A stretch of 56,111 nt of DNA, filler included, from Jimgerdemannia flammicorona (taxonomy: Eukaryota): the NCBI GenBank assembly GCA_003990765.1. It is 3 parts of 3 records of this genome, joined end to end, with 100 filler letters (N's around TTAATTAATTAA, not from the genome) between each part and the next. Parts side by side here need not be neighbours in the genome. Positions count along the whole stretch, not along the records: positions 37,479 to 56,111 come from RBNJ01002154.1; 2 more parts are not named here. One strand, written 5' to 3'. The position numbers were made by a program, and so were the translations under genes. The notes under the pieces were generated by a model that was not told where the DNA came from, did no database searches, and was given only the letters and a program-made list of their open reading frames with translations. This document shows positions 53,271 through 56,111 of the stretch, piece by piece. Each line of letters opens with the position of its first letter. Position 1 is the first letter of the stretch.

Positions 53271-54935
53271 TGTAAGTGTACAACCTCCAAGTCACCAAAA
53301 TCACATATCATCCTCAGAACTAATTTGAAAACCACATGCGAGACTACAAAACAAGTTACTGAAGAGATCATCTGATTACATGAAATATGCTAGTAAGTAT
53401 GAGAACCTACCACCAAGATACAAGAATACTAGAAGAAGTACTATAACTATAAAACTGACTCTGAACTGCTATAACTAGTTTGGTGTACCATACTATTACA
53501 AAAAGAAACCAAAAGTACCAAAATCGAACCAAGATAAGAAGAACCCTATCTTATCCATCAAAAGGTTTACAAACTGTACTTATCAACTCAAGACTAGAAT
53601 ACACTACAACTATACAAGACCTCATTACTTAGTAGAAGCAAAATGCATTTGATCACTCTATCTGTATCACCTCCATTAGAGAGTGATAGATGCTTCATCT
53701 GAACTCAAGAAAGCTGACATCGTCAAAACCAATCTCAAGCCATCTATGTGACAGATATTACTACTAGAAATTGCCTTGAATTACAGAAAATATCATTTCT
53801 GAGAGATTCAAATTCCCAGCCATGACATTGGGAGCTCTTGCCCTAGACAAGGATGGCCAGTCCTCGCAAATGTACCAGAAGACCAAAAAAAAAGAGAACC
53901 AAGACCTGTTATCCTTATACAACTACTACCACCAAGGACAGTCTTAATCTTGCAAGAGATAGAAGTGATAACATCTTGAAAACTGATGATGTCAGAAGTC
54001 AGAAACTACTCAGACTTTACTAGCAATAATGTCATCAATAGTGATACATATCATCAAAGACTAACTAGACAGCACCTAAATCTATAAATAGCTTAGCAGC
54101 CATAGTATAGTTAGATTAGTCTTATATAACATGACTGTGAACTGACTCAGCAGTCAGACAATCTCTTGACATATCAGATCACACTTGTACTATGTGACTA
54201 CATTCCAACTCAGCAAGGCACTTAGTACTATATCCATATTTAGCATAGTCCAGATAGCCCCTCACTAGTATAAATATCCCCTCTCCCAGATCTCAGAATC
54301 TCAGACCTGAACAATTCAAATACAACTCTTAAGTATTTTCTACAATATCTCTTCATACAACTACTTCTAGTATAGCAATATCATGAATAGCAAATAAACC
54401 TATTTAATAACTCATAAACCACTCTTAAGTAAATCTGCTTCCTATTAGGTCCCACTCCTAACTCTGTCACGAAATTTCCTAATTGGGTATTGTCTGCAGC
54501 AATATACCAATTCAACTAAGCTGGTCTTAGTTTCTTGAACTTCCTGAAATATAGAAAATTCTGAATATCTAGAACTAGTCTGAAAAAGAACTTTGGTTGA
54601 GATGTCAACCTAATCTTGAAATCAATAAGCATAGAGAATGTACTCTATATGAAATTGATCTTGACTATAAGAAAATGGTCTTCCAGAATATCCAGAACTT
54701 CTAGAAAACCCTTCCAGAACTATGTAACAGTTATCCTAAAAAGCAACCCTCTTACAACTTGATAGCAGCAGTTTACAATCCAATTCTGCTTCAAGATACT
54801 TCCTTACTCAGCTATAAAACCCTTCTGCGAATTCCTACAAATTGGTGTAAAGCCCAACCTCTGAACTAGAATTTATCTTGAACCATCTGATAATCTGGAG
54901 AGAATTGAACCTGACATACAAGAACAATTTGACCC
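53271..54935 (+). mobile_element. Family B-type LTR (53271-54756, 1.49 kb) plus PBS and leader, interrupted by a retroposed repeat
   Basis: Start TGTAAGTGTACAACCTCC matches 31595. 54027-54933 is colinear with 32920-33831, while the middle of U3 differs. Confidence 0.85.
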
Positions 54936-54938
54936 CAG

Positions 54939-56111
54939 CCCCTTTCTCTGCTACCTTACTGGTCACAAGGTTTGGTAGGTGACCTTTCAAGTCTCCTTTC
55001 CCCTAATATTACCCCCTCTACCTCAGGTTGGTTTGCTGTGCCTGTAGGGGCATAGTAGGAGGAGGGCAATGGTGATGAGTTGCCCCTTTATTAGTGTCAG
55101 ATCAGTGCTTCCTCTACTTTTTCATGGGTTCTAGTGCCTTTAGCTACATCTGGGGTATATCCGTTTTGGTGTGGCACCTTCTTCCTTTTGCTATTGCCAA
55201 TGAGGAGTTGTCTCAGTATATCTTAGGCTATATAGGGAGTCAGCCGACCTTGAGTGTCAAGTGCTCAGTATAGGTTACCTGCAGATCTTTGGTGTCTGTG
55301 GTGGGGCCCTCTGGCTTTGGCAAGCTTCTTGGCGAGCATAGTTCTGGCATAGGTGACTGTTTTTTGGGTATTGTCGAGATGGGAGAGGAGATGGCCATCA
55401 CAGATAGGAGGAAGGGCAATAACGGTGAACCAGTGGGGTGCCAGGCTGGGGGCAGTTATCAGGGCTGGGGCAGATGCTGCTTTGGTGGGGCCTTTTGATT
55501 GGTGCAGTACAGTTAGGTGGTAGGTGTCACTCTTGGCTTCTTTTGGCAGTCAGCGGGGTTGGGCCCCAGTCATCAGGGGGGGTTGGGGGCCCAAGGCTAC
55601 CCATTTCAGATATCTTGGCTATACTCAACTAGAACCGGGAGCTGATATGGCAATGTGATCAAGGCCTACAGGCTTGAGTAGTGGGGTATTGGGGGCTTCC
55701 TCCTGCCTCATGTATAAGTCCTTTACTCACCTCAACTGGGAGAACCAGGCCCTATCCACTATGTTATACTTTGATGAGAGTTTTTCTTTATCTGTCATTC
55801 TCTTTGGGGTGGCAAGGGCTATTCTATTCGGCTCGGATGTGGCCTTGTACATATGTTGGGTTCTCAGGCATGCGCTTTCAGTCATTGACATGTGGTTGGG
55901 TTTCCCCTAGTAGTAGGGAGAGCATGGTATACAGAATGAGGTGTGGGCCAACATAGGCCCTACTGCGCCTAGCATGGTTGAGCTGCTGGACAATAGCTAG
56001 CCTAGGTTAATAGGGGGGCAGTGCTTGGTGGGTGGTGGGGGAGGGTTTTGGCCTATATAGTCTAGGTTCCCTTCCAATAAAATTCCATGGGACATGAGTC
56101 CATTAAAACAA
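54939..56111 (+). mobile_element. Poly(A)-tailed retroposed repeat, copy 2 (less mutated)
   Basis: Colinear with 42071-43242 and richer in G/C; the contig ends where the A-tail should begin. Confidence 0.8.

Overview
Eukaryotic, intron-rich fungal-type DNA; an early-diverging or Mucoromycota-like host is my inference only. The window is three unrelated contigs of near-equal length (1-18642, 18743-37378, 37479-56111) joined by 100-nt N/TTAATTAATTAA linkers. Host genes sit in CpG-rich islands: a TatD DNase, a BCP/PrxQ peroxiredoxin, GCN5 (5'-partial) and a frameshifted Crinkler-like pseudogene. Most of the rest is transposon DNA eroded by C>T/G>A transitions: hAT, PIF/Harbinger, a MITE, LINE remnants and three divergent Ty3/Gypsy families. 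Main observation: the three Gypsy families share an accessory toolkit. It comprises a dUTPase, a small C-x-H...C-xx-C zinc-finger-like module between dUTPase and protease, and an apparently homologous extra ORF. That ORF lies in the env position in one family and inside very long (2.1-2.4 kb) LTRs in the other two. One family also has an F-box-like motif in Pol. All domain calls come from manual translation and motif recognition; no database searches were run.
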